Shown one piece after another: positions 51,952-60,415 of a stretch of DNA of 64,000 bases (within the stretch, counting starts at the first letter, position 1; each line of letters begins with the position of its first letter). The stretch is from positions 192,001 through 256,000 of the forward strand of contig CAWBKP010000024.1 of NCBI GenBank assembly GCA_963789395.1. The letters run 5' to 3'. The DNA is from an uncultured delta proteobacterium. GTDB lineage: Bacteria; Desulfobacterota; Desulfobacteria; Desulfobacterales; Desulfatirhabdiaceae. The translations under genes were made by a program, and so were the position numbers. The notes under the pieces were generated by a model. That model worked only from the letters and a program-made list of their open reading frames with translations, did no database searches and was not told the DNA's origin.

Positions 51952-52757
51952 ATGAAGAAACTGGCAGGGATGCTTCTAATATGCTGGTTACTGTCGGGAT
52001 GTAATACCCAGAAGGCCGGAATGATTCAGGAGGAGGCACTAAAAGCCTGCAGGCACATCCTGAAATCATCAAGGAACAAGTACTTAAGACGATCAGGGAA
52101 AATCCTGAAATCGTGATGGATGTGTTGAAGGAAAGAAATATCGAAGTGCTTCAGATCGTGGAAAAAGGCAGCCTTGATCTGGCTGAAAAAAAGCGGGATG
52201 AACATTTGAAGCAGGATCTTGCCAATCCCAAAAACCCGAAAATTGATTTGACCCGCCCCTTTATCGGTAACCCCGATGCGCCGGTCACCATTGTCGAGTA
52301 TTCGGATTTTCAATGTTTCTATTGCGGAAAGGCTGCCCGCACCATGCAGGATCTCGTCCAGAAATATCCACAGAAAATTCGGGTTTTCTTTAAACATATG
52401 CCGTTCCATGAAATGTCCAAATTGGAAGCCATGTATTTTGAAGCCATTGCCCGGCAGTCCGTGGAAAAAGCATGGAAATTTCATGATATTGCCTTTGACC
52501 GCCGGGAAGATGTCCAGAAGGAAAAAGAAAGTGTTTTGCAGGACATCGCCAATTTGTTAAGTGTTGATGAAGCCAGATTGAAAACGGATCTGGAAAGCAA
52601 GGCACTGGCGGATATGGTTGGCGAAGACATGAAAGAAGCCCGCTCGTTCGGATTTGATGCCACCCCGTCGTTTCTCATTAACGGCGTTTCGGTAATCGGA
52701 GCGGTGCCGATTGAAGAATTCGAAAAAGTGATCCGTCTGAGTGAAGAAAAGAAATAG
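51952..52757 (+). CDS. DsbA-family thioredoxin-fold lipoprotein, frameshifted near the N-terminus
   Basis: Lipobox LSGC; GNPDAPVTIVEYSDFQCFYC; ATPSFLING. Confidence 0.85.
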
Positions 52758-52794
52758 GCCCTGCATGGAAATACAGAAAAAATCCAAGCCAGAA

Positions 52795-52926
52795 GAGCCT
52801 CTTGCAAAACGCCATCAAATTGTCTCTTCCGTCATACCGGCGAAAGCCGGTATCCAGTGAATTCGAAGTCGTCTGGACCCCGGTTTTCACCGGGGTGACG
52901 AACATCGGTACTGTTGCAAGAGGCTC
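52795..52926. repeat. REP/MITE-like nested palindromic element
   Basis: 13-bp terminal IR GAGCCTCTTGCAA/TTGCAAGAGGCTC enclosing GTCATACCGGCGAAAGCCGGTATCCAG...CTGGACCCCGGTTTTCACCGGGGTGAC. Confidence 0.8.
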
Positions 52927-53055
52927 AAAAAACACGCTTTGCAGCATGAAGCTGATAAATCCGGTTTTCATTCGAATTCAGTTGTGTTAGAGAGTTATTA
53001 CTGCAAATCTACAATCCGGAATTCATTTGCCGACACTTGTTATTTATGAGATCTT

Positions 53056-54942
53056 ATGTCTGAACTGACCTTTGAGAGCATCGATAACACCATACTGGAT
53101 ACCCTGCGACCGGCTCCCAGATCTTACTGGGTTCTGGTCGCAACGCTGCTGATGGGAGTGTTTCTCGGCGCCGGCTGCTGGGTGTACCAGATTTTTGTCG
53201 GCATCGGGGTCGGCGGCCAGAACAACCCGGTTCACTGGGGAACGTATCTGATCAATTTCGTGTTCTGGGTCGGTATTGCGCATTCGGGCACACTGATATC
53301 TGCTGTGCTGCACCTGTTCCGGGCCGGATGGCGCAATCCCATTGCACGGGCTGCTGAGACCATGACGATCTTTGCCGTGTGCACCGCAGGCCTTTTTCCC
53401 TTTATCCATCTGGGTCGTGTCTGGCTGGTTTTCTACATGCTTCCGGTGCCCAATCCACGCACCCTGTGGCCCAATTTCACCTCTCCCTTGATGTTTGACG
53501 TTGTGGCCATCAGCACCTATCTGATCGTCAGCACCCTGTTCTGGTATACGGGAATGCTGCCGGATCTGGCCACGATTCGCGACCGGGCAACCGGAACCCG
53601 GAAGAAAATCTTTCATATTCTCTCGATGGGCTGGACCGGCGTGCACGAGCAGTGGCGACATTATGCACGGGGGTATCTGTTCTTTGCGGCCCTTGCGACC
53701 CCCCTTGTCATCTCGGTTCACAGCGTGGTGTCCTGGGATTTTGCCCTCGGGGTGGTTCCCGGATGGCACACCACGATATTCGCACCGTATTTCGTTGCCG
53801 GCGCCATTCACTCGGGCCTTGCCATGGTCCTGACGCTGATGATTCCGCTGCGAAAGATTTTCAGATTTGAAAGCATCATCACCATTCACGTACTGGAAAG
53901 CGTTGCCAAAACCATCATTTTTACAGGGCTCATCGTCGGTTTTGCATACGGAACCGAGCTTTTCATCGCCTGGTACAGCCGCAACATCGTTGAGATGGAA
54001 ACCTTCCGCTGGCGCATGTTCGGTGACTACGGCCGGGAGTACTGGATCATGGTCACCTGCAATGCCTTGGTGCCGCTGCTGTTTCTGTTTAAAAAAATCC
54101 GGACTTCCGTTTACTGGCTTTTCGGATTTTCGTTGCTCATCAATATCGGCATGTGGTTTGAACGCTTTGTCATCATCATCGGCAGCGTTGCCCATGATTT
54201 TCTGCCCTATGCCTGGGGGCTGTATTGGCCTACCTTCATCGAGTGGGGAATTCTGGTCGGCAGTTTTTGCCTGTTTTTCTTTTTGTTCGTGCTTTTTGTC
54301 AAGCACCTGCCGTCGGTTTCAATGACGGAAATGAAAGAAACGCTGCTCGGATTGGAAGTCGAGAAGATCAGCAGACCGCAAGGCGATCCGCCGCCTGTCT
54401 TGCCCGCATCGCGACTGACGCACTTGAAGTTTGTTCCCGAAAAGCAGGTACCCATCCTGGGGTTGTTCAAAACAGAGGCCCAGGCTGCATCCGCTATTCA
54501 TGATCTGAAAAAATCTGCCTGGACATTCATTCGGGTGTATAGCCCGATTCCCAGCCATGTCATCATGGATGCCCTGCACCTGAAGAAAAGCAGGGTCGGA
54601 TGGTTTACGCTGGCCGGTGGCATCCTGGGCTTCTTAAGCGGATTTGCTCTGGCTGTTTTTGCGGCAACCCGCTGGAATCTTATGGTAGGCGGCAAGCCCG
54701 TGGTTGCCTGGGTGCCGTTTTTTATCGTGGGGTTCGAGTTTACGGTGTTGTTTGCAGTTTTCGGTAATGTTGCGGGTCTGCTGTCCCAGACCGGCCTGCC
54801 GCAGCTGGATACAATTGACGGCTATGACCCTGGCTGCTCGGCGGACCGCTTCGGTGTTCTGGCTGCCTGTGAACCGGATCAGCAAAGCGATCTGAGCCGG
54901 TTTTTTATCGATAACGGTGCGGAAATCAACACTTTCGAATAA
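53056..54942 (+). CDS. actC: Alternative complex III ActC (NrfD family) fused to ActD (DUF3341)
   Basis: NFVFWVGIAHSGTLISA, RAAETMT, HLGR, SPLMFD, SVHSVVSWDF, PGWHTTIF, GMWFERF; then YSPIP...VGGKP...FEFTVLF. Confidence 0.88.
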   Translation: MSELTFESIDNTILDTLRPAPRSYWVLVATLLMGVFLGAGCWVYQIFVGIGVGGQNNPVHWGTYLINFVFWVGIAHSGTLISAVLHLFRAGWRNPIARAAETMTIFAVCTAGLFPFIHLGRVWLVFYMLPVPNPRTLWPNFTSPLMFDVVAISTYLIVSTLFWYTGMLPDLATIRDRATGTRKKIFHILSMGWTGVHEQWRHYARGYLFFAALATPLVISVHSVVSWDFALGVVPGWHTTIFAPYFVAGAIHSGLAMVLTLMIPLRKIFRFESIITIHVLESVAKTIIFTGLIVGFAYGTELFIAWYSRNIVEMETFRWRMFGDYGREYWIMVTCNALVPLLFLFKKIRTSVYWLFGFSLLINIGMWFERFVIIIGSVAHDFLPYAWGLYWPTFIEWGILVGSFCLFFFLFVLFVKHLPSVSMTEMKETLLGLEVEKISRPQGDPPPVLPASRLTHLKFVPEKQVPILGLFKTEAQAASAIHDLKKSAWTFIRVYSPIPSHVIMDALHLKKSRVGWFTLAGGILGFLSGFALAVFAATRWNLMVGGKPVVAWVPFFIVGFEFTVLFAVFGNVAGLLSQTGLPQLDTIDGYDPGCSADRFGVLAACEPDQQSDLSRFFIDNGAEINTFE

Positions 54943-54959
54943 TTCATGTATTCTGACCC

Positions 54960-56246
54960 ATGACATTCAACGAACCTAAAATAGTCAGCCGATCCCTGAT
55001 AGCACTCTTTTTTGCGCTCATGCTGATCGGGGCAGTGACATTTATCGTCACGGTTGCGGGCGATCATCCGGAAAAGGCATGGAGCGCGTATCTGATTAAT
55101 TTTTTGCTCTTTTCCGCCATTTCACAGGGCGGCCTGCTGTTTTCGATTGTGATGAACACGACCAATGCCAGGTGGAGCCGGCAGCTTTCGGGTGTATCCG
55201 AGTCGTTTGCCGCTTTTTTCCCGGTCTCGTTCGTGCTCCTTCTCCTTCTTTTTCTGGGCAGAACCCATGTTTTCCCCTGGCTGGGCATGAACCTTCACGG
55301 AAAGGAAGTCTGGCTGAACCTTCCGTTTCTGTTTACCCGCGATGTTGTCGGCGTATCCATTCTTTACGCTCTGGGGTTTGCTTATCTATACCATTCCCTG
55401 TGGTTCAAGATGCCGCATTATGACAACGCGCGACCCGGCCTTTCCGGCCTGCTGGTCCGCCACCGGCTGCGGCAGCCCGCCGATATTGCCAAATATCGCA
55501 GACGGATGATGGTTTGCGGCAATCTTTATATCCTGGCATTTGCGCTGGTGCTGTCGCTGATCGGATTTGACCTGGTGATGAGCATGGACCCTCACTGGTA
55601 TTCCACCCTCTTCGGGGCCTATACTTTTGTCAAGGCGTTTTATGTGGGGCTGGGCGGGGTAATTATTTTGGCTTCCCTGCTGCATCTGCACCCGAAAGTT
55701 GAATTTACGCTGCCGTCTTCACAGTTCCATGATATTGGCAAGCTCTTTTTTGCCTTCTGCATGCTCTGGGGAGATTTCTTTTATGTCCATCTTGTTGTCA
55801 TCTGGTACGGCAACATTCCGGAAGAAACCGCCTATATGATTCAGCGAACCCAGGCAGCGCCGTGGAAAATGCTGGCTTGGACGGTTTTTGTGACCGGTTT
55901 CATCCTGCCCTTTCTGATTTTGATTAATAAAAGAATCAAGACGTTTCCAAAGGCCATGATCGTTATCTGCTCGGTTGTCATTGTCAGCATCTGGCTGGAG
56001 CATTATCTGCTCCTGGGCCCCATTTACAGTCCCGAGGCCGTTCGTCTGCCAGCGGTAATTGCAGCGTTAAGTCCATTGCGGACGACATTGCCGGCGAACA
56101 GTCTCGACGCTATTCGTCTGCCCTTTCAAATCGCTGACGGTCTGATCGGCCTTGGCTTTTTGGGATTGATGGCCGCATCGGTTGCATTTTTTCTGAATCT
56201 TTTTCCGGAGGTGCTGAACCCGCAGCCGTCGGAGGTGCACCGATGA
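54960..56246 (+). CDS. actF: Alternative complex III ActF-like membrane subunit
   Basis: WLNLPF, DLVMSMDPHWYSTLFG, HDIGK, IWYGNIPEE. Confidence 0.88.
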   Translation: MTFNEPKIVSRSLIALFFALMLIGAVTFIVTVAGDHPEKAWSAYLINFLLFSAISQGGLLFSIVMNTTNARWSRQLSGVSESFAAFFPVSFVLLLLLFLGRTHVFPWLGMNLHGKEVWLNLPFLFTRDVVGVSILYALGFAYLYHSLWFKMPHYDNARPGLSGLLVRHRLRQPADIAKYRRRMMVCGNLYILAFALVLSLIGFDLVMSMDPHWYSTLFGAYTFVKAFYVGLGGVIILASLLHLHPKVEFTLPSSQFHDIGKLFFAFCMLWGDFFYVHLVVIWYGNIPEETAYMIQRTQAAPWKMLAWTVFVTGFILPFLILINKRIKTFPKAMIVICSVVIVSIWLEHYLLLGPIYSPEAVRLPAVIAALSPLRTTLPANSLDAIRLPFQIADGLIGLGFLGLMAASVAFFLNLFPEVLNPQPSEVHR

Positions 56247-56776
56247 ATGCGATGCTATCGGCCTTGAATCGAAATAAAGCACCTGTTTCGCTGATATTTC
56301 TGTGCGCCGTGCTGGTGGCGAGCTTTCTGTTTTTCTTCTACGATACGCCCGGATCCCATATCGGACCGGAGCAGCCGATCCCCTTCAGTCATCGGGTTCA
56401 CGCCGGGGTCAAAGACATTCAATGCGAGTATTGTCACCCTTATGTCAGTTATTCCCGGAATCCGGGGCTGCCGCCTGTTGAAAAATGTCTGCATTGCCAC
56501 AACTACATCATTGCGAATCATTTCTGGATTCGAAAAGAACATCAGTATTTTGACACGCGCACGCCGACGCCGTGGAGAAAGGCCTATTATCTACCCGAAT
56601 ATGTTCTCTTTAATCACCAGCGGCATATTCAAAAAGAGATCGCGTGCCGGCAATGCCATGGAGCGGTGGAGACGTTTGACCGCATCCATGGAAAAGCGTT
56701 TTACATGGATTTCTGCCTTGACTGCCACCGGGAAAAAAACGCCAATGTGGACTGCTGGCTGGCGTGCCACAGCTGA
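56243..56776 (+). CDS. actA: Membrane-anchored pentaheme cytochrome c (ActA-like)
   Basis: QPIPFSHRVHAG; CEYCH, CLHCH, FNH, CRQCH, CLDCH, CWLACH. Confidence 0.88.
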   Translation: MNAMLSALNRNKAPVSLIFLCAVLVASFLFFFYDTPGSHIGPEQPIPFSHRVHAGVKDIQCEYCHPYVSYSRNPGLPPVEKCLHCHNYIIANHFWIRKEHQYFDTRTPTPWRKAYYLPEYVLFNHQRHIQKEIACRQCHGAVETFDRIHGKAFYMDFCLDCHREKNANVDCWLACHS

Positions 56777-56787
56777 AGGGAAAATGG

Positions 56788-58158
56788 ATGGCTTTTGACA
56801 TTGCCTTTGAAACAGATCCGTATCTTACTTCCAGGGCCTATTGCCTGACCGCAGCGTTCTGGTTTGTCGTGGCAACCTCCGTGGGACTGCTTGCGGCCGG
56901 CTATCTGATTGCCCCGGATTTTATGGGCAATATCAGTTTTCTGGAGTTCGGGCGCATCCGGCCCATTCATGTCAATCTGGTGCTGTTCGGTTTTGTAACG
57001 CCGGGACTGCTGGCTGCAGCGCATTATTTGGTGCCCCGACTCCTGCGAACAACGCTTTACAGTCAAAAGCTGGGATTCGTCACGGTGGTGCTGTGGAATC
57101 TGGCCGTGACCGCCGGCGTCATCGGCCTGTCGCTGGGGTATACCAAAGGCCGGGAATATGCCGAGTTCGTGTGGCCGGTAAGCGTGCTGATCGTGATCGG
57201 TTTCGGGTTGATCAGCCACAACCTCATCATGACCGTGCGGCAGCGCAAGGAACCGATTCTGTATGTGTCAATCTGGTATGTCTGCGCCGCGGTTGTCATG
57301 ACCGGCATCACCTATTTTATCGGCAACGTTGTCTGGGAACCGCAAACCGGCGCGCTTCAGGGGATACCGGATGCGATTCTGCTCTGGTTTTACGGGCACA
57401 ATATCTTCGGACTCCTGCTCACCCCGCTGTCGCTGGCGGTTGCCTACTACGTGATTCCAAAGGTGACCCGCAACCCGCTGTACAGCCACGCGCTCAGCAT
57501 TCTGGGCTTCTGGGGACTGCTGGTTGTCTATACGCATATCGGTACCCACCATCTGCTTCAGGTGCCGGTACCGACCTGGCTGAAAGTGATTGCCATTGTC
57601 GACAGCATTGCCATGGTGATTCCGGTCATGGTGTTTCTGATCAATATCTGGTATACTGCCAAGGGGAAACTTGGTGAAATTCATGCCGATATTGCCGGTA
57701 AATTTATTTTTACGGGAACGGTGATGTATTTTTTCGTCAGTATTCAAGGCTCCATGATGGCCCTTCCCGTCGTCCAGCGGGTGACGCACTTCAACAACTG
57801 GGTTGTCGGGCATTCGCACATCGGGGTTCTGGGCTTTGCCGGCATGATCGCTCTTGGGGGCATGTATTACATCCTTCCCAGAATCACGGACAAACCCCTA
57901 TACAGCCGGTTTCTGGCGGATCTGCAATACTGGCTGATATTGATCGGCGTGGTGGGGTTCGCCATTGTCCTGACGATCGTCGGTCTCATCCAGGGAAATG
58001 CGTGGCTGAACGGGGAAACCGTCTACCGGGTGCTGCCGGAAATTCATATATATTATGTTCTTCGCCTGGCTGTCGGTGTCTTTGTGGTTGCCGGGGCTTT
58101 TATCGGACTCTACAACATTTTCCGCACCTTTTATTTTAATCCCGGAGTCCGCTCATGA
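56788..58158 (+). CDS. ccoN: cbb3-type (family C) heme-copper oxidase subunit I
   Basis: GRIRPIHVN, GREYAE, WFYGHN, YxxxGxHH (helix-7 Tyr), WVVGHSH, QG..W. Confidence 0.9.
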   Translation: MAFDIAFETDPYLTSRAYCLTAAFWFVVATSVGLLAAGYLIAPDFMGNISFLEFGRIRPIHVNLVLFGFVTPGLLAAAHYLVPRLLRTTLYSQKLGFVTVVLWNLAVTAGVIGLSLGYTKGREYAEFVWPVSVLIVIGFGLISHNLIMTVRQRKEPILYVSIWYVCAAVVMTGITYFIGNVVWEPQTGALQGIPDAILLWFYGHNIFGLLLTPLSLAVAYYVIPKVTRNPLYSHALSILGFWGLLVVYTHIGTHHLLQVPVPTWLKVIAIVDSIAMVIPVMVFLINIWYTAKGKLGEIHADIAGKFIFTGTVMYFFVSIQGSMMALPVVQRVTHFNNWVVGHSHIGVLGFAGMIALGGMYYILPRITDKPLYSRFLADLQYWLILIGVVGFAIVLTIVGLIQGNAWLNGETVYRVLPEIHIYYVLRLAVGVFVVAGAFIGLYNIFRTFYFNPGVRS

Positions 58159-59093
58159 GTCAGGAAATGACGCCCCGGACGGTGATTCTGGGTTCCGTAG
58201 CCATTTTGCTTGCCGTTGTCTTTGTAATGGTCTACTGGCCCTATGCCAAACGGAATACGGATCCATCCGATATTTTCCGGGAGCGTACGCATGAGGAAAA
58301 CGCCGGACGGGCCATTTACATTGCAAACGGCTGCGTTTATTGTCACACCCAATCGATTCGTTCCATTGACTGGGGCATGGGAGCGGAGCGCATAGCCCAG
58401 TCCGGCGATTATGTGGCGGACCGCCCCATTCTTCTGGGATCGGAACGGACCGGCGTAGACTTGTCCCAGGAAGGCGGCGAACACCCGGATGACTGGCATC
58501 TGGCCCATTTTATCAATCCCCGGACCACGCGTCCCAATTCCGTTATGCCGCAGTTCGGATTTCTGGGAATGGAGAACATCGGCCGTCTGACGCGCTACGT
58601 GCAGAGCCTTGGCGGAAAAATGGCGGATGTCCGAATGGCCCGCCAGGATCACTGGAAAGCACAGGTTGTCGCTGCATATGAAACCGGCCCCGTGCAGAAC
58701 GTCAAATGGCTTTCCGACCATATTCCCGAAGGATGGCGCGCCATTCCCAATCCCTATCCCACATCGGATGCGGGGCTTGCCCGGGGGCGCCTGATTTACC
58801 AGGATTTTTGTCTGGGGTGTCACAGTCCCATCGGTGACGGGATGGGCCCTGCACAGCCTTACCTCTATCCGCCGCCGCTGAATTTTACCATTCTCAAAGG
58901 GCGCGAAATATCCGGCGGGATTCTTTACTACCAGATCATGAACGGGATTACAGGCTCAGCCATGCCCTATTTCAAAAGAGATCTGGAGTCTGAAAAAATC
59001 TGGGATGTCGGCAATTTCGTGGCGGTTTATTTTATCAATCAGAGCGACGCCAATGCCGAACCGCGGGGGATTGACGCAGCTTATGAGCCTTGA
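58155..59093 (+). CDS. ccoO: cbb3 oxidase subunit II fused to a second cytochrome c domain
   Basis: GCVYCHTQSIR, GSERTG.DL, NPR...PNSVMP; second heme CLGCH...GSAMP. Confidence 0.9.
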   Translation: MSQEMTPRTVILGSVAILLAVVFVMVYWPYAKRNTDPSDIFRERTHEENAGRAIYIANGCVYCHTQSIRSIDWGMGAERIAQSGDYVADRPILLGSERTGVDLSQEGGEHPDDWHLAHFINPRTTRPNSVMPQFGFLGMENIGRLTRYVQSLGGKMADVRMARQDHWKAQVVAAYETGPVQNVKWLSDHIPEGWRAIPNPYPTSDAGLARGRLIYQDFCLGCHSPIGDGMGPAQPYLYPPPLNFTILKGREISGGILYYQIMNGITGSAMPYFKRDLESEKIWDVGNFVAVYFINQSDANAEPRGIDAAYEP

Positions 59094-59108
59094 GGATAAC
59101 GGCACAGC

Positions 59109-59369
59109 ATGTACTTTCCGTTTTTTATAATTTATATCGGAATCGGCTTTGGCATCAGTGCACTGGTGTTCTTCTGGGCACTGAAAAACGGGCAATTCTC
59201 CGATCAGAAGCGGGCGGCCTTTCTTCCGCTTCAAGATGATACGGAAGGCTTGCCGGTAAGGGTCCGTCGTGTTCACCGCTTAGAGGCGCTCGCGTTGGTT
59301 GCAATGGCCTGTCTGGGGCTTTTGATCAGCGCATCCGTGCTGGTGCTCTCTCTGATGCGCGCCCGGTGA
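59109..59369 (+). CDS. ccoS: cbb3 maturation protein CcoS-like with an extra C-terminal TM
   Basis: FFWALKNGQFSDQKRA...PL.DD. Confidence 0.85.
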   Translation: MYFPFFIIYIGIGFGISALVFFWALKNGQFSDQKRAAFLPLQDDTEGLPVRVRRVHRLEALALVAMACLGLLISASVLVLSLMRAR

Positions 59370-59396
59370 AACAGCGCAAACACAGGAAATTTTATC

Positions 59397-59672
59397 ATGC
59401 GGTTTTTTAACCTAATAAACATTCAGCATCTTGTCCTGGCCGTTTTTCCGGCGCTGCTGGGTGTAGTGCTCGTCGGCATTGCCCTGTCTTTTACCCATTT
59501 TCGCGGCAAGGCAGCCGAAGAGCGCCTGAAGCGGGTGACCGGCACTTACCCGGATGGGATTGAAGAAAGAAATGCGCCGTTTCCCCTGTTTCTTTTTCTG
59601 GTGATACTCGGCACGGTGTTGTGGGGGGTCGGATACATCCTCATGGTCGGCCTTGGCCCGGAGGTGATTTAA
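59397..59672 (+). CDS. Small two-TM protein in the oxidase operon
   Basis: Two hydrophobic helices; YPDGIEERNAPFP resembles the CcoP N-terminal DGIxExxxPxP motif. Confidence 0.65.
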   Translation: MRFFNLINIQHLVLAVFPALLGVVLVGIALSFTHFRGKAAEERLKRVTGTYPDGIEERNAPFPLFLFLVILGTVLWGVGYILMVGLGPEVI

Positions 59673-59673
59673 T

Positions 59674-59895
59674 ATGCATCACACCATCCGTTCTGAACGC
59701 ACCACCTGGATACTTATCGGGATCATGGTGGCGTTCATTCTTGTAAAAGGCGTGTTCGTGTATCTGGTGGTCGGCGATAAGGGACAGCCCGGCTGGGATT
59801 ATCGGCCGGTACCCGATGTTCCCGGAGAATCCCCGTACGCAATTTATGAACCGCTCCCGCACCGCCAGCATGTTCGCGGCCGGATGGGGGATTAA
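59674..59895 (+). CDS. Small single-TM protein
   Basis: RBS GGAGG, one TM, tight packing with both neighbours. Confidence 0.65.
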   Translation: MHHTIRSERTTWILIGIMVAFILVKGVFVYLVVGDKGQPGWDYRPVPDVPGESPYAIYEPLPHRQHVRGRMGD

Positions 59896-60411
59896 ATGAA
59901 AAGGCTGCTGCTTCTGGTCATGTTTCTGGCCCTGGTCTGGGCAGGTTATGCCGCCTTGATGGCGTTCGACCGATATTTCCCCTATGGGCGCATGCGGGAG
60001 ACGCCGGCGGTCAGGCCCTATGAAAAACCCCTTCTTGTCATGGAAGCCGGAACTGTTCCGGTGTCTGATCCCGAGGCTGCCTATCGCGCCGTGGCGGGAA
60101 GCGGGCTCCGCTCTCCGATTTTGTCCGGTGACGCGGAGGCGATCGCCCGAGGACAGGTTGTTTATGCCACGTTTTGCAAGCAGTGCCACGGCGGCAAATA
60201 CGACGGCAACGGAACGGTCGGCCAGAGTTTTTCGCCGCTGCCGACGGATTTAAGATCGGCAAAGGTTCAGGAATTGCCGGACGGCGTTTTATTTCAGCAT
60301 ATCAGCTACGGGTCGGACAGCGGCAGGCAGCCGGCCCTTGACACCACCGTTCGGATCAGGGACCGCTGGTGCGTCATTGCCTATCTAAAGTCCATCGGTA
60401 TCCGGAAATAA
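59896..60411 (+). CDS. actE: Monoheme cytochrome c, ActE-like
   Basis: MRETPAV, ARGQ..Y..FCKQCHG...DGNG, PDG.LF..I..G, DRW.VIAY. Confidence 0.75.
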   Translation: MKRLLLLVMFLALVWAGYAALMAFDRYFPYGRMRETPAVRPYEKPLLVMEAGTVPVSDPEAAYRAVAGSGLRSPILSGDAEAIARGQVVYATFCKQCHGGKYDGNGTVGQSFSPLPTDLRSAKVQELPDGVLFQHISYGSDSGRQPALDTTVRIRDRWCVIAYLKSIGIRK

Positions 60412-60415
60412 CGTC

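Noticed and set aside
53044..54306. Long antisense ORFs (420 aa here; also 15861..16685, 27221..28024) and the same-strand alternate-frame ORF 56841..57677
   Set aside because: They overlap well-supported genes and have no motifs; typical shadow ORFs.
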